A stretch of 64,000 nucleotides of DNA, taken from Eledone cirrhosa (taxonomy: Eukaryota). The notes under the pieces were generated by a model. That model was given only the letters and a program-made list of their open reading frames with translations. It did not search any database and was not told the origin of the DNA. Every line of letters begins with the position of its first letter. Position 1 is the first letter of the stretch. Shown one piece after another: positions 1 to 58,184 of the stretch. The stretch covers positions 16,988,001 through 17,052,000 of the forward strand of contig OZ024764.1 of NCBI GenBank assembly GCA_964016885.1. Direction: 5' to 3'. A program made the translations under genes and the position numbers.

Positions 1-797
1 ATTGTATTATCACAGTAAAGGCTTTACCTCACATAATACCTCACATAACATTTACATTACTCTATATATACTATTGTATTATCACAGTAAAGGCTTTACC
101 TCACATAATACCTCACATAACATTTACATTACTCTATATATACTATTGTATTGTCACAGTAAAGGCTTTACCTCACATAACATTTACATTACTCTATATA
201 TACTATTGTATTTTCACAGTAAAGGCTTTACCTCACATAACATTTACATTACTCTATATATACTATTGTATTTTCACAGTAAAAGCTTTACCTCACATAA
301 CATTTACATTACTCTATATATACTATTGTATTTTCACAGTAAAAGCTTTACCTCACATAACATTTACATTACTCTATATATACTATTGTATTATCACAGT
401 AAAGGCTTTACCTCACATAATACCTCACATAACATTTACATTACTCTATATATACTATTGTATTATCACAGTAAAGGCTTTACCTCACATAATACCTCAC
501 ATAACATTTACATTACTCTATATATACTATTGTATTGTCACAGTAAAGGCTTTACCTCACATAACATTTACATTACTCTATATATACTATTGTATTTTCA
601 CAGTAAAGGCTTTACCTCACATAACATTTACATTACTCTATATATACTATTGTATTTCCACAGTAAAGGCTTTACCTCACATAATTATTCACATCGAATC
701 TATGAGATTTTGATGATATTATTATTTACTTTGAAAACAAGACCTTAACATCAGTATGAGTGGCTAGTTATGGCCGGTTTAAGTGCTAAAGGGTTAA
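1..797 (+). mobile_element. piggyBac-type MITE with internal 72/60-bp satellite array (cut by window start)
   Basis: Array followed by the conserved tail ending GCTAAAGGG-TTAA. Confidence 0.75.
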
Positions 798-887
798 GGA
801 AAAACATAACATCTTGTTTCGATTAATTTCTCTGTTCGTCCATTTTATATTGTCGTAATAATGGTGGTAGTAGTTTCTTTTTTCCCA

Positions 888-11885
<10,998 letters not shown>

Positions 11886-11909
11886 CCCAACTATATATAG
11901 CAAGATATA

Positions 11910-11942
<33 letters not shown>

Positions 11943-12274
11943 GTGTATGTGTATATATATATGTATGTGTGTGTGTGTATTGTATATATATATATATTTG
12001 TGTGTGTGTATATTGTATATATATATTTATATGTGTGTGTATATATTGTATATATATATGTATGTGTATATATTGTATATATATATATATATGTGTGTGT
12101 ATATTGTATATATATATATATATGTGTGTGTGTGTATATTGTATATATATGTGTGTGTGTATATTGTATATATATATGTGTGTGTGTATATTGTATATAT
12201 ATGTGTGTGTGTATATTGTATATATATGTGTGTGTATATTGTATATATATATGTGTGTATATTGTATATATATA

Positions 12275-12307
<33 letters not shown>

Positions 12308-12324
12308 TGTATATATATATATAT

Positions 12325-12362
<38 letters not shown>

Positions 12363-12747
12363 ATATATATATATATATATTGTATATATATATGTGTGTG
12401 TATATTGTATATATATATATGTGTGTATATTGTATATATATATCATCATATATATGTGTGTGTGTATATATGTATATATATATATATGGGTGTGTGTGTG
12501 TATATATATATATACACACACATACATATATATATATGTTTATCCTGGGTTCAATCGGGGGTAACCACAGTAAGGTACTCAATGCATGATTTCTCCCGAA
12601 TGAAACAGTTCTAGTCCTGTAGAAGCCTTTTCTATATTATATATATATATATACATACACCCTATATATATATATATATAACTTAGCTGCCGAAACGGCT
12701 GGAGCTCAGCCGTCAAGGTCCTGCCTCTTTTCCTATAGTCTATATAT

Positions 12748-13135
12748 CATCATCATCATCATCATCATCATCATTTTACGTCCGCTTTTCCCTGCTTGCA
12801 AGGGTGGGACGGGTCTTATTCAGCACAGCATCTCTCCACTCGTCACGGTCCCTCGTCATCTCCACCGTGAGCTTCAATGATCTGAGGTCTGTTCTCACCA
12901 CCTCCGCCCATGTTTTTCGTGGTCTACCTCTACCACGTCTTCCTTCAACTGGCATTTCCTGGCACTTCTTCACCCATCGGTCATCCTCCATGCGCATCAC
13001 ATGTCCATACCACCTCAGTCTCCTCTCCCGTACACTACACTCTATCCCTCTCAGACACAGTTTCTCTCTCAACACATTTATGCTGGGTCGTCCACGCACA
13101 TTTACACTGCACATCCAACGGAGCATGCTTGCCTC
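12748..13135 (-). mobile_element. RTE-clade LINE 3' end with (ATG)n tail
   Basis: RRLRWYGHVMRMEDDRWVKKC...GRPRKTW; stop then (TGA)n. Confidence 0.88.
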
Positions 13136-13435
13136 AATATATATATATATATAAGTATGTTTTGAAACATCGAGCAAGTTTGAAATTAGAAAATAGAAGC
13201 TTTCACCGTATTTTTTGACTAAAGAAATTTTAGCCTGATAGTGGGGTTTAGAACCCTCAGAGAAATGGAAAAAGATGAGTATTGACGTATATATATATAT
13301 ATATATATAGCCTATATATATATCATCATCATCATTGTCGTTTAATGTCTATCTTCCACGCTAGCATGGGTTTAGACGGGAATTGTCCCACTTGAGGCAA
13401 GATTGATTGTCTTGCTTGTATAGGACTGTCTGGCA

Positions 13436-13478
<43 letters not shown>

Positions 13479-13479
13479 A

Positions 13480-13609
13480 TCTAAGGCGGGTAAAATTCCC
13501 GAGATCCATGGACGAGTTCTCTCCAGCGGTCTCTGTCCCCCATTATCGCTGCCATGTCCTGCATCTCCAACAGACCAGTGTCTGTCCTTAGGGCATCAAC
13601 ATACGTTAA

Positions 13610-13612
<3 letters not shown>
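13480..13612 (-). mobile_element. LINE 3' terminal fragment in (TA)n
   Basis: LTYVDALRTDTGL...MGDRDRWRELV...stop resembles a non-LTR ORF2 C-terminus. Confidence 0.55.
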
Positions 13613-13679
<67 letters not shown>

Positions 13680-13774
13680 AACTAGCTGTTAAAATGGCCT
13701 GCAGGCCAGATGTGGCCCATGGACCGGGGCTTGCCGGCCCCTATCCTAGATATAATAGTCATAAACGTAATAAT

Positions 13775-14730
13775 TACGACCCCCAGCGCATTACTGGTAC
13801 TTAATTTTATCAACCCAGTAAAGATGAAAGGCAAAGTTAATCTCGGCAGGATTTGAACTCAGACCGTAAAGAGCCGTAACTCTATACCACAAAGCATGGT
13901 GTCTGACACTCTACCGGTTCTACAGTCAATCCACCACCCTAACAACAACAACAACAACAACAACATACACCAAATTTCTGTCAAAATTTTCTTTTATTAA
14001 AATAAAATGTTTTACAATATTTCTGTACAGTGTGATGATGATGATGATGGTTTCTCATATAGGGGCACAAGGCCAGCAATTTTGAAGGGAGGGGTGGGGG
14101 AAAGTTGATTCGATTAAATCAACCCCCAGTACATTACTGGTACTTTATACCTTATTAACCCCTGTAACCATGACAGGTTTAAAGCTAACATTGGCGGGAT
14201 TTGAACCCAGAACGTAAAGGGCCGTAGCTCCGTGCTGCAAAGCATGGCGTCCGACCCTCTACTGATAAAGACATGGTTTCTCACAAGGCCAGTAATTTTT
14301 TGAGAGAGGAGAGGGGGGAGGGGAAAGTGGACTAAATCCTACCCCCAGTGTATTACTGGTACTTTATATTATCAACCCATGTAAGGATGAAAGGCAAAGT
14401 TAACCTCGGCGGCGGATTTGAACCCAGAACGTAAAGGGCCACAACTCTATGCCGCAAAGCCAATAATGATTTCTTTATTAACCACAAGGGTTTACATAAA
14501 GTAGACATTAAGGACAATAATAATTGTTTCTACTTTTGGCACAAGGCCAGCAAATACCCCAGTGTATTACTGGTACTTTATTTTATCGACCCAGTAACGA
14601 TGAAAGGGTCAAATCTGTCCTTGGTGGGATTTGAACTCAAATTGTGAAGGGCCGAGGTGTAGCTATATGTAGCAAACACAAAGCATATTACCTGACGCTC
14701 TACCGATCCCACTTGCCAATGTCCCCACCC
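13775..14730 (-). mobile_element. Cluster of SINE family A copies
   Basis: Repeated GGATTTGAAC(T/C)CA and ACTGGTACTT motifs. Confidence 0.7.
13993..13998 (-). promoter_or_regulatory. Candidate polyadenylation signal of GANP
   Basis: AATAAA on the minus strand in a unique AT-rich island about 780 nt after the stop. Confidence 0.35.
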
Positions 14731-14770
<40 letters not shown>

Positions 14771-14779
14771 CGTCAGTTA

Positions 14780-50133
<35,354 letters not shown>

Positions 50134-50455
50134 CACGACCAGGGGTCAAACTTGTACAAAAATAAAATCTGAACAGCCGAGTTGTGAAAATAGGGGTCTT
50201 TTTTCTTCCCCCTCTCTGTCTTTCCTTATTATTTCAAGTTTTCAAGAAAGAGTAGGACACGTGAGGGTTCCTATTGTGTCTCTTGTACGTCCCCTTCTCT
50301 TTTCTTTAATGTAATATCTGAAGAGACCCTGAAACAACCACAATTGGTTGATGCCAAGTCTAACTGCAACACAGAAAGAAAAAAGAAAACTTAATAAAGA
50401 ATTTTGAGAGATTTACTACAAAAATTATTAATCATTGCTTTACCAATATTGTAAC

Positions 50456-51414
50456 TTAACCCTTTAACATTTACATTACTCTATATATACTATTGTATTA
50501 TCACAGTAAAGGCTTTACCTCACATAATGTCTCCCATAACATTTACATTACTCTATATATACTATTGTATTTTCACAGTAAAGGCTTTACCTCACATAAT
50601 ATCTCACATAACATTTACATTACTCTATATATACTATTGTATTTTCACAGTAAAGGCTTTACCTCACATAATATCTCACATAACATTTACATTACTCTAT
50701 ATATACTATTGTATTTTCACAGTAAAGGCTTTACCTCACATAACATTTACATAACATTTACATTACTCTATATATACTATTGTATTATCACAGTAAAGGC
50801 TTTACCCCACATAACATTTACATTACTCTATATATACTATTGTATTATCACAGTAAAGGCTTTACCCCACATAACATTTACATTACTCTATATATACTAT
50901 TGTATTGTCACAGTAAAGGCTTTACCTCACATAATATCTCCCATAACATTTACATTACTCTATATATACTATTGTATTATCACAGTAAAGGCTTTACCCC
51001 ACATAACATTTACATTACTCTATATATACTATTGTATTGTCACAGTAAAGGCTTTACCTCACATAATATCTCACATAACATTTACATTACTCTATATATA
51101 GTATTGTATTGTCACAGTAAAGGCTTTACCTCACATAACATTTACATTACTCTATATATACTATTGTATTTTCACAGTAAAGGCTTTACCTCACATAATA
51201 TCTCCCATAACATTTACATTACTCTATATATACTATTGTATTTTCACAGTAAAGGCTTTACCTCACATAATATCGAATATACAAGATTTTGATATTATTT
51301 ATTTTGAGAACAATACCTTAACATCAGTATGAGTAACGAGTTACGGCTGGTTTGAACAGAAAGAGGTGAGAGAATTCTGGCCGGCCTTGGCCAGTTAAAA
51401 TGATAAAGGGTTAA
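50456..51414 (+). mobile_element. piggyBac-type MITE with 72/60-bp array
   Basis: TTAA-CCCTTTAACATTT...AAATGATAAAGGG-TTAA. Confidence 0.82.
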
Positions 51415-51935
51415 CATATAGAATTATGTTGGAAGATTTTAATTTAAATAGTAAGTTCAAATCCCGCCGAGGTTAACTTTGCTTTTCATCATTACGGGGT
51501 CGATAAAATAAAGTACCAGTAATGTACTGAGATATTTGATGGCCTTGTGCTTAAACGTAGAAACAATTTTAATTTATGTAAGCTTTGTTAAGTTATGTTC
51601 CAAACACCAACAGAAAGTTACCTATATTACCAAACGTCTCTAAAATTCTTCGTCACTCACAAAATATTTGGCCCCAAATAATCGACATTTATTAATTAAC
51701 AAGACTTCCGAAAGGGTTTAATTAATATAATTAGGTGGAAATTCTTACCATTTGTCTAAAGAGAAGCTGGAGCTAAGAAATACCAAATATTTCAGCTCCA
51801 TTCTTGTTTACAAATGAGATTCTCAGAAAAGGAGGTAAAAAAACACCACATACTTTCTACTTCCGGAACAAGAACTATGCAGTGAATACTGGAAAAAGAT
51901 TTATATATATACATATGCATGTATATATATATGTT

Positions 51936-51980
<45 letters not shown>

Positions 51981-52155
51981 ATATATTGTTGAATTCCAAT
52001 AAATTAAATATAACCTTTGCATATGTATATATATATATATATATATTTGTAAATATCAACAATAACATTACACGTGTTTTGTTGTGTGTGTCTAATATAC
52101 ACCCATACACATATAGATACATACAGATTTATACATATATATGTGTGTGAGTGTG

Positions 52156-52195
<40 letters not shown>

Positions 52196-52600
52196 ATATG
52201 TTGATTTAAAACTTCACTATTCACTAGTGTTTTTTAAGCTTCATATCATGTATCCCTATTTTATCTGATGATAAAAAGAAGAACAAGTCAACATCATTGG
52301 ATACCATCAGGGTTGCAGGTGTTATATCAGAGTTTTCCTTCTCCTAGAATTCTGCCTTGACAAAGGCTAAGGGGTCATCTCTCCCGGTGATTTTGGATGG
52401 CCATTGACTCTTAAGAGCTCCTTTGCCCTTTGACAGGATTTGTTTTTAGTCCTGCAGGATGTCCAAAGTCACCCTCCTCACCAAGAAACCTTGGTGGGGT
52501 TGCCAGTTTAGTCGCCAACGACCCGACCATGAGACAGGTTGTACTGGGATACATGTTACCAGTAGCACCAACTGGTGACCTGACATATATATATATAGAC

Positions 52601-52667
<67 letters not shown>

Positions 52668-52822
52668 GGAAACATTGGAACAGGGACAAAACAGAGAGGC
52701 AGTACAACGAATGTTTATTAATTTCACGCTCTGTACGGGGTCGATAAAATAAAGTACCAGTAATGCACTGGTAATTGCTGGCCTTGTGCCTAAAGTAGAA
52801 ACAATTAATTTCACGCTCTGTA

Positions 52823-52855
<33 letters not shown>

Positions 52856-52924
52856 CAAATTGTGGCAGTTGATGCTTAGTCTCCAGTATTTACTTTGGGA
52901 TTGTGCAAAGCAGAGTGTAATAAT

Positions 52925-53555
52925 AATTGTTTCAAGGCCAGCACTTACCCTAGTGTATTACTGGTACTTTATTTTATCGACCCCGTAAGGATGAAAGGCA
53001 AAGCTACATCGGCGGGATTTGAACTCAGAACATAAAGGGGCATAACTCTATGCGGCAAAGCATGGCGTCTGACACTCTACCGATTAATAATTGTTTCTAC
53101 GTTAGACACAAGGCCAGCAAATATCCAGTGCATTACTGGTACATTATTTTATCGACCCCGTAAGGATGAAAGGCAAAGTCAACCTCGGCGGGATTTGAAC
53201 TCAGATCGTAAAGGGACGTAACTATGCTGGAAAGCATGGCGTCCGACCCTCTACCGATACTGCCAATCCTCGCCCTAACATGGCGTCCGACCCTCTACCG
53301 ATACTGCCAATCCTCGCCCTAACATGGCATCCGACCCTCTACCGATACTGCCAATCGATTAATAATAATGGTTTCTTATATAGGCACAAGGCCAGCAATT
53401 TTTTGGGGGGAGAGGGAATCGATTAAATCGACACCAGTGCGTGACTGGTACTTTATTTTATCGACCCCGTAAGGATGAAAGGCAAAGCTACATCGGCGGG
53501 ATTTGAACATAAAGGGGCGTAACTCTATGCGGCAAAGCATGGCGTCTGACGCTGT
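52925..53555 (-). mobile_element. Three tandem SINE family A copies
   Basis: Same motifs, with internal 43-bp triplication. Confidence 0.72.
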
Positions 53556-53569
53556 CTCCATAGCTGTCT

Positions 53570-54492
53570 GTATTCACCACCACCACCACTACCATACTTC
53601 TCTCTCCATGGCTGTGTCCACCACCACCACCACACTACTACACAACACTACCACCACCACCACCACACCACTACCACCACCACCACCACCACACCACTAC
53701 ACAACACTACCACCACCACGCCACTACCACCACCACCACCACCACACCACTACACAACACTACCACCACCACCACCACACCACTACACAACACTACCACC
53801 ACCACCACCACACCACTACACAACACTACCACAGTCTCTCCTTGGCTGTGTCCACCACCACCACACCACTACACAACACTACCACAGTCTCTCCTTGGCT
53901 GTGTCCACCACCACCACCACTACACAACACCACCACCACCACCACACCACTACACAACACTACCACAGTCTCTCCTTGGCTGTGTCCACCACCACCACCA
54001 CTACACAACACCACCACCACCACACCACTACACAACACTACCACAGTCTCTCCTTGGCTGTGTCCACCACAACCACCACTACACAACACCACCACCACCA
54101 CCACTACACAACACTACCACAGTCTCTCCTTGGCTGTGTCCACCACCACCACACCACTACACAACACTACCACAGTCTCTCCTTGGCTGTGTCCACCACC
54201 ACCACCACTACACAACACCACCACCACCACCACACCACTACACAACACTACCACAGTCTCTCCTTGGCTGTGTCCACCACCACCACCACTACACAACACC
54301 ACCACCACCACACCACTACACAACACTACCACAGTCTCTCCTTGGCTGTGTCCACCACCACCACCACTACACAACACCACCACCACCACACCACTACACA
54401 ACACTACCACAGTCTCTCCTTGGCTGTGTCCACCACCACCACCACTACACAACACTACCACCACCACCACCACTGTAGTCTCTCCTTGGCCT
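53570..54492. repeat. CAC-rich minisatellite with AGTCTCTCCTTGGCTGTGT core
   Basis: Direct inspection. Confidence 0.85.
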
Positions 54493-54722
54493 AGTTCCAC
54501 TTCCCTACTTCCATCTGTCAAAATCTGGGTCTAAATAGCTTACAATTAAAACCATGCTGCGCCCCACATAAATCCAACGATGTTTACTCCAGCTCTGAAT
54601 CAAAGATCGAGTGGGGTGGAGAGATGGTGTGATGGTGTGGTGAGGGGGACTATGAGAAAAATTAAACCCCCTACAGCAGCTGACTCTCTGATGTGGGTAG
54701 ATTGTGTGTGTATATATATATA

Positions 54723-54754
<32 letters not shown>

Positions 54755-54841
54755 ATAATAAAATAGAAAAGAGAGAGAGAGAGACACAATAAAAAGGAAA
54801 AAATATATTTTTCTTCCTCATAATCGTCTCTTTCTCCCTGT

Positions 54842-54910
<69 letters not shown>

Positions 54911-55109
54911 TACAAATATTAATAAAATAGATATTCTTGTGATCAATCAAATTTTATTATACATATTTCTGAGGTACAACAGTACGTCCTCATCAGATAA
55001 AATAAAATGATACATGACATACCCTGAGATGTTAGATGGTTAATCACATTTAATCACTTGATTAAATCTTAACCATCTAACATCTCAGGGTATGTCATGT
55101 ATCCTTTTA

Positions 55110-55160
55110 TTTTATCTGATGAGGACGTACTGTTTTACCTCTGAAATATGTATAATAAAA
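55110..55160 (+). ncRNA. Type I hammerhead motif (mirror on minus strand 54952-55002)
   Basis: UUUUAU-CUGAUGA-GGACGUAC UGUU UUACCUCU-GAAA-UAUGUA-UA-AUAAAA. Confidence 0.75.
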
Positions 55161-55301
55161 TTTAATTGATCACAAGAACATCTATTTTATTAATATTTGT
55201 ATTTTAATATTAATAACTCTGGAAAATTATTTTCCGGTAGAGTGCTTCCAATCTACTGTAAAACTCATTCTTTGATGTACTCATTGAATCTTGTTTAACT
55301 C

Positions 55302-55356
<55 letters not shown>

Positions 55357-55359
<3 letters not shown>

Positions 55360-55478
55360 GGTCTCCCCACTCCGTGGCTTCCATCGACTTCTAGTGCTCT
55401 GCACCTTTTCATGCAGCTGTCATCCTTCATACGCATCACATGTCCATACCAACACAACCTCCTCTCCTGCACACACAC
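55357..55478 (-). mobile_element. RTE LINE fragment
   Basis: QERRLCWYGHVMRMKDDSC. Confidence 0.75.
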
Positions 55479-55602
55479 ATTTCAATACCAGAATCTCTGG
55501 AGATGACATCGGGGTAGGAGAGCTTGTGGCCCCTGTTGTTAGTGACTGCTTGTGGTTTCCAAAGAACTAATGGGGACACAGCTTCATATTACTTGGACAG
55601 TC

Positions 55603-55653
55603 GGCTTCCTGTTGATTTCTCCCAAATGAAACAGTTCTAGTCCTGTAGAAGCC
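55603..55653 (+). ncRNA. Hammerhead motif with one core substitution (CUGUUGA)
   Basis: GGCUUC/GAAGCC stem I, GAAACAG..CUGUA stem III with GUA site. Confidence 0.65.
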
Positions 55654-55732
55654 TTTTCTATATTAAATATTTATACTCTGCTATGTATTGAGTACCTTAC
55701 TGTGGTTACCTCCGATTGAACCCAGGATAAAC

Positions 55733-55779
<47 letters not shown>

Positions 55780-56397
55780 TAATTTTTCTATGCATTTATT
55801 GCTATGAGTGATAGCGAGGCTAGGAACTACAATAGCAAAGCACCCTCAGCAGGAGCATCACATGAAACATTTGAAAGGCGAGTCACCAATGATGACGGAC
55901 TTTGGTGTCAGTGGCCCAGCACCCACAAACATCTTCAACACCTTAAGTTTATTGAGGATAAAAATTTTACTAATAAAATAAGAGCAAAAAATACATTTTT
56001 ATTAAAAATATCTCTACATATATTTTAAAGTGTTAAACTTTGCAACGAATAAATATTTTTAAAAATTATTATATAAACACATATATAAGCCGAGAAGTTT
56101 AGGACAATAATTTCAAGGGCAAAATAGAAGGATGGGATAAAATTTGAGGAAATATTTTGCTGATTTTCATCAACTTAAAAATTCTACATAAATGAGGTGC
56201 TAAAATATTTTTGCTTTGGAGGTGAATATAACACCTGTTTCACTTTGGAGGTGAATATAACACCTGTTTCACTTTGGAGGTGAAATTTCTATTGTTTTTG
56301 ATGTTTTGAAAGTATATGTCCTTCAAAATGGTCAGAAATTGGTAAAAAATCATTACCTATTGGAGTTTTAAAACAAAAACTATTCTCTAAATGACAA

Positions 56398-56542
56398 TTA
56401 ATCCTTTAACATTTAAACCAGCCATATCCGGCCAGAATTCTCTCACCTCTTTCTGTTCAAACAAGCCCTAACTGGTCACTCATACTGATGTTAAGGTATT
56501 GTTCTCAAAATGAATAATATGAAAATCTCAGGGAAGGGTTGA
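56398..56542 (-). mobile_element. Array-less copy of the same MITE
   Basis: TTAA-TCCTTTAACATTTAAACC, tail sequence, AAGGG-TTGA; no satellite units. Confidence 0.65.
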
Positions 56543-56630
56543 TGGGTTCACATAAAATAGGAGAGGGACAGGTTATAAATGGATTAACTCATATTTGGCT
56601 TGGTTAATATTCGGATCGGCTTATATTCCA

Positions 56631-56689
<59 letters not shown>

Positions 56690-56819
56690 AAAGTTCTATT
56701 TAAAATTGTTGGGATACAACAAGTAAATATTTTTATAACTGATATAAAGCACTCGACAAATTTTTGGAGTAGATATACAATATTAATAAATGGAAACTAT
56801 ATTTATAAAACCATATTTA

Positions 56820-56880
56820 TTTCATTATACATATTTCGGGGATACCACATTAAATAATGGTATGCCTTCATCAGATAAAA
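56820..56880 (-). ncRNA. Type I hammerhead motif
   Basis: UUUUAU-CUGAUGA-AGGcAUACCA..UGGUAUcCCC-GAAA-UAUGUA-UA-AUGAAA. Confidence 0.75.
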
Positions 56881-57216
56881 TACAATATATAACAGTTTTA
56901 CAAATAGGTTTGACGTACCCTTTAAAATACAACCATTACATATATATATATACATATATATATATATAAATATATATATATATAAATATATATGTAGGAG
57001 GTGAGTTTTATTGTAGTACAATAAAGCAATGCAGATATCGGATAAGAAGCACTCTACAGTTTGTGGGACTGGAGTATGCATAATATAAGATCAAAAGATG
57101 GTTAAAGGAGTTCCATATATTTTATTATGCGCATTTCAAAAACAAACATCATCATATGTTGATTTAAAACTGCACTATCAACAAGTGTTTTTTAGCCTTC
57201 ATATCATGTTCTCCTG

Positions 57217-57283
57217 TTTTATCTGATGAAAACACAAATATTATTGCTTGATGATGTTTGTTTTTGAAATGCGCATAATAAAA
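57217..57283 (+). ncRNA. Type I hammerhead motif (same family as 26230)
   Basis: Near-identical to 26230-26296. Confidence 0.75.
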
Positions 57284-57464
57284 TACATGGAACTCCTTTG
57301 ACCATCTTTTGATCTTATATTATATAAATATATATATATATATATATTAGATGTTTACATTTCCCACTAAAATATGTTTTCAAAAAGTTATTTGACAGTT
57401 TATTGATGTATATAAGTGTATATATTTATAGATAGATAGTATAGTATGAATATATATGAATATA

Positions 57465-57500
<36 letters not shown>

Positions 57501-57578
57501 GTACATATATATTATATATATATATATATTATTTCATAAATGTATGAAATAATATATAAATAATTCTAGCATTTTATC

Positions 57579-57653
57579 TTATCTTCGTTCGAATTTCACC
57601 CAAACTCCATTTTTAGCAGCCAGTAAGAAAGTTTTATCCAGTTCGAGAGGAAT
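57579..57653 (-). CDS. P450 terminal exon
   Basis: catttcag|ATT CCT CTC...AGA TAA; CYP3-like C-terminus. Confidence 0.88.
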   Translation of the reverse strand: MPLELDKTFLLAAKNGVWVKFERR

Positions 57654-57763
57654 CTGAAATGAAATAAAATTATTGAAGTTCTTCTTCTCCCACTTATTCT
57701 TTTAAGGGCCATGGGGACAGAGTCCTCAAATACTCCTTCCAGAAGCAACTGGCTGTAGCTGAA

Positions 57764-57815
<52 letters not shown>

Positions 57816-57915
57816 CGAGGGACCGTGACGAGTGGGGAGATGCTGTGCTGAATAAGACCCGTCCCACCCTTGCAAGCAGGGAAAAGCGGACGTAAAATGA
57901 TGATGATGATGATGA

Positions 57916-57955
<40 letters not shown>

Positions 57956-58097
57956 CATGCACCACAACGCCCTACCCTCCCATGTATCTCCCACGAGGAT
58001 AAGCTCGAAGTATAGTCCAGAGCACACATTATTCTATGTATTATACATGCACCTTTGATGAGTTGTAGTGCACCTGAGCACTGTACACAATAATGTT

Positions 58098-58184
<87 letters not shown>

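Noticed and set aside
1-690. Regular repeat arrays as possible CRISPR
   Set aside because: Units are contiguous with no unique spacers, there are no cas genes, and the context is eukaryotic.
51749-51880. Possible GANP 5' UTR exon and CCGGAAG promoter motif
   Set aside because: The donor and motif are plausible but cannot be supported without transcript data.
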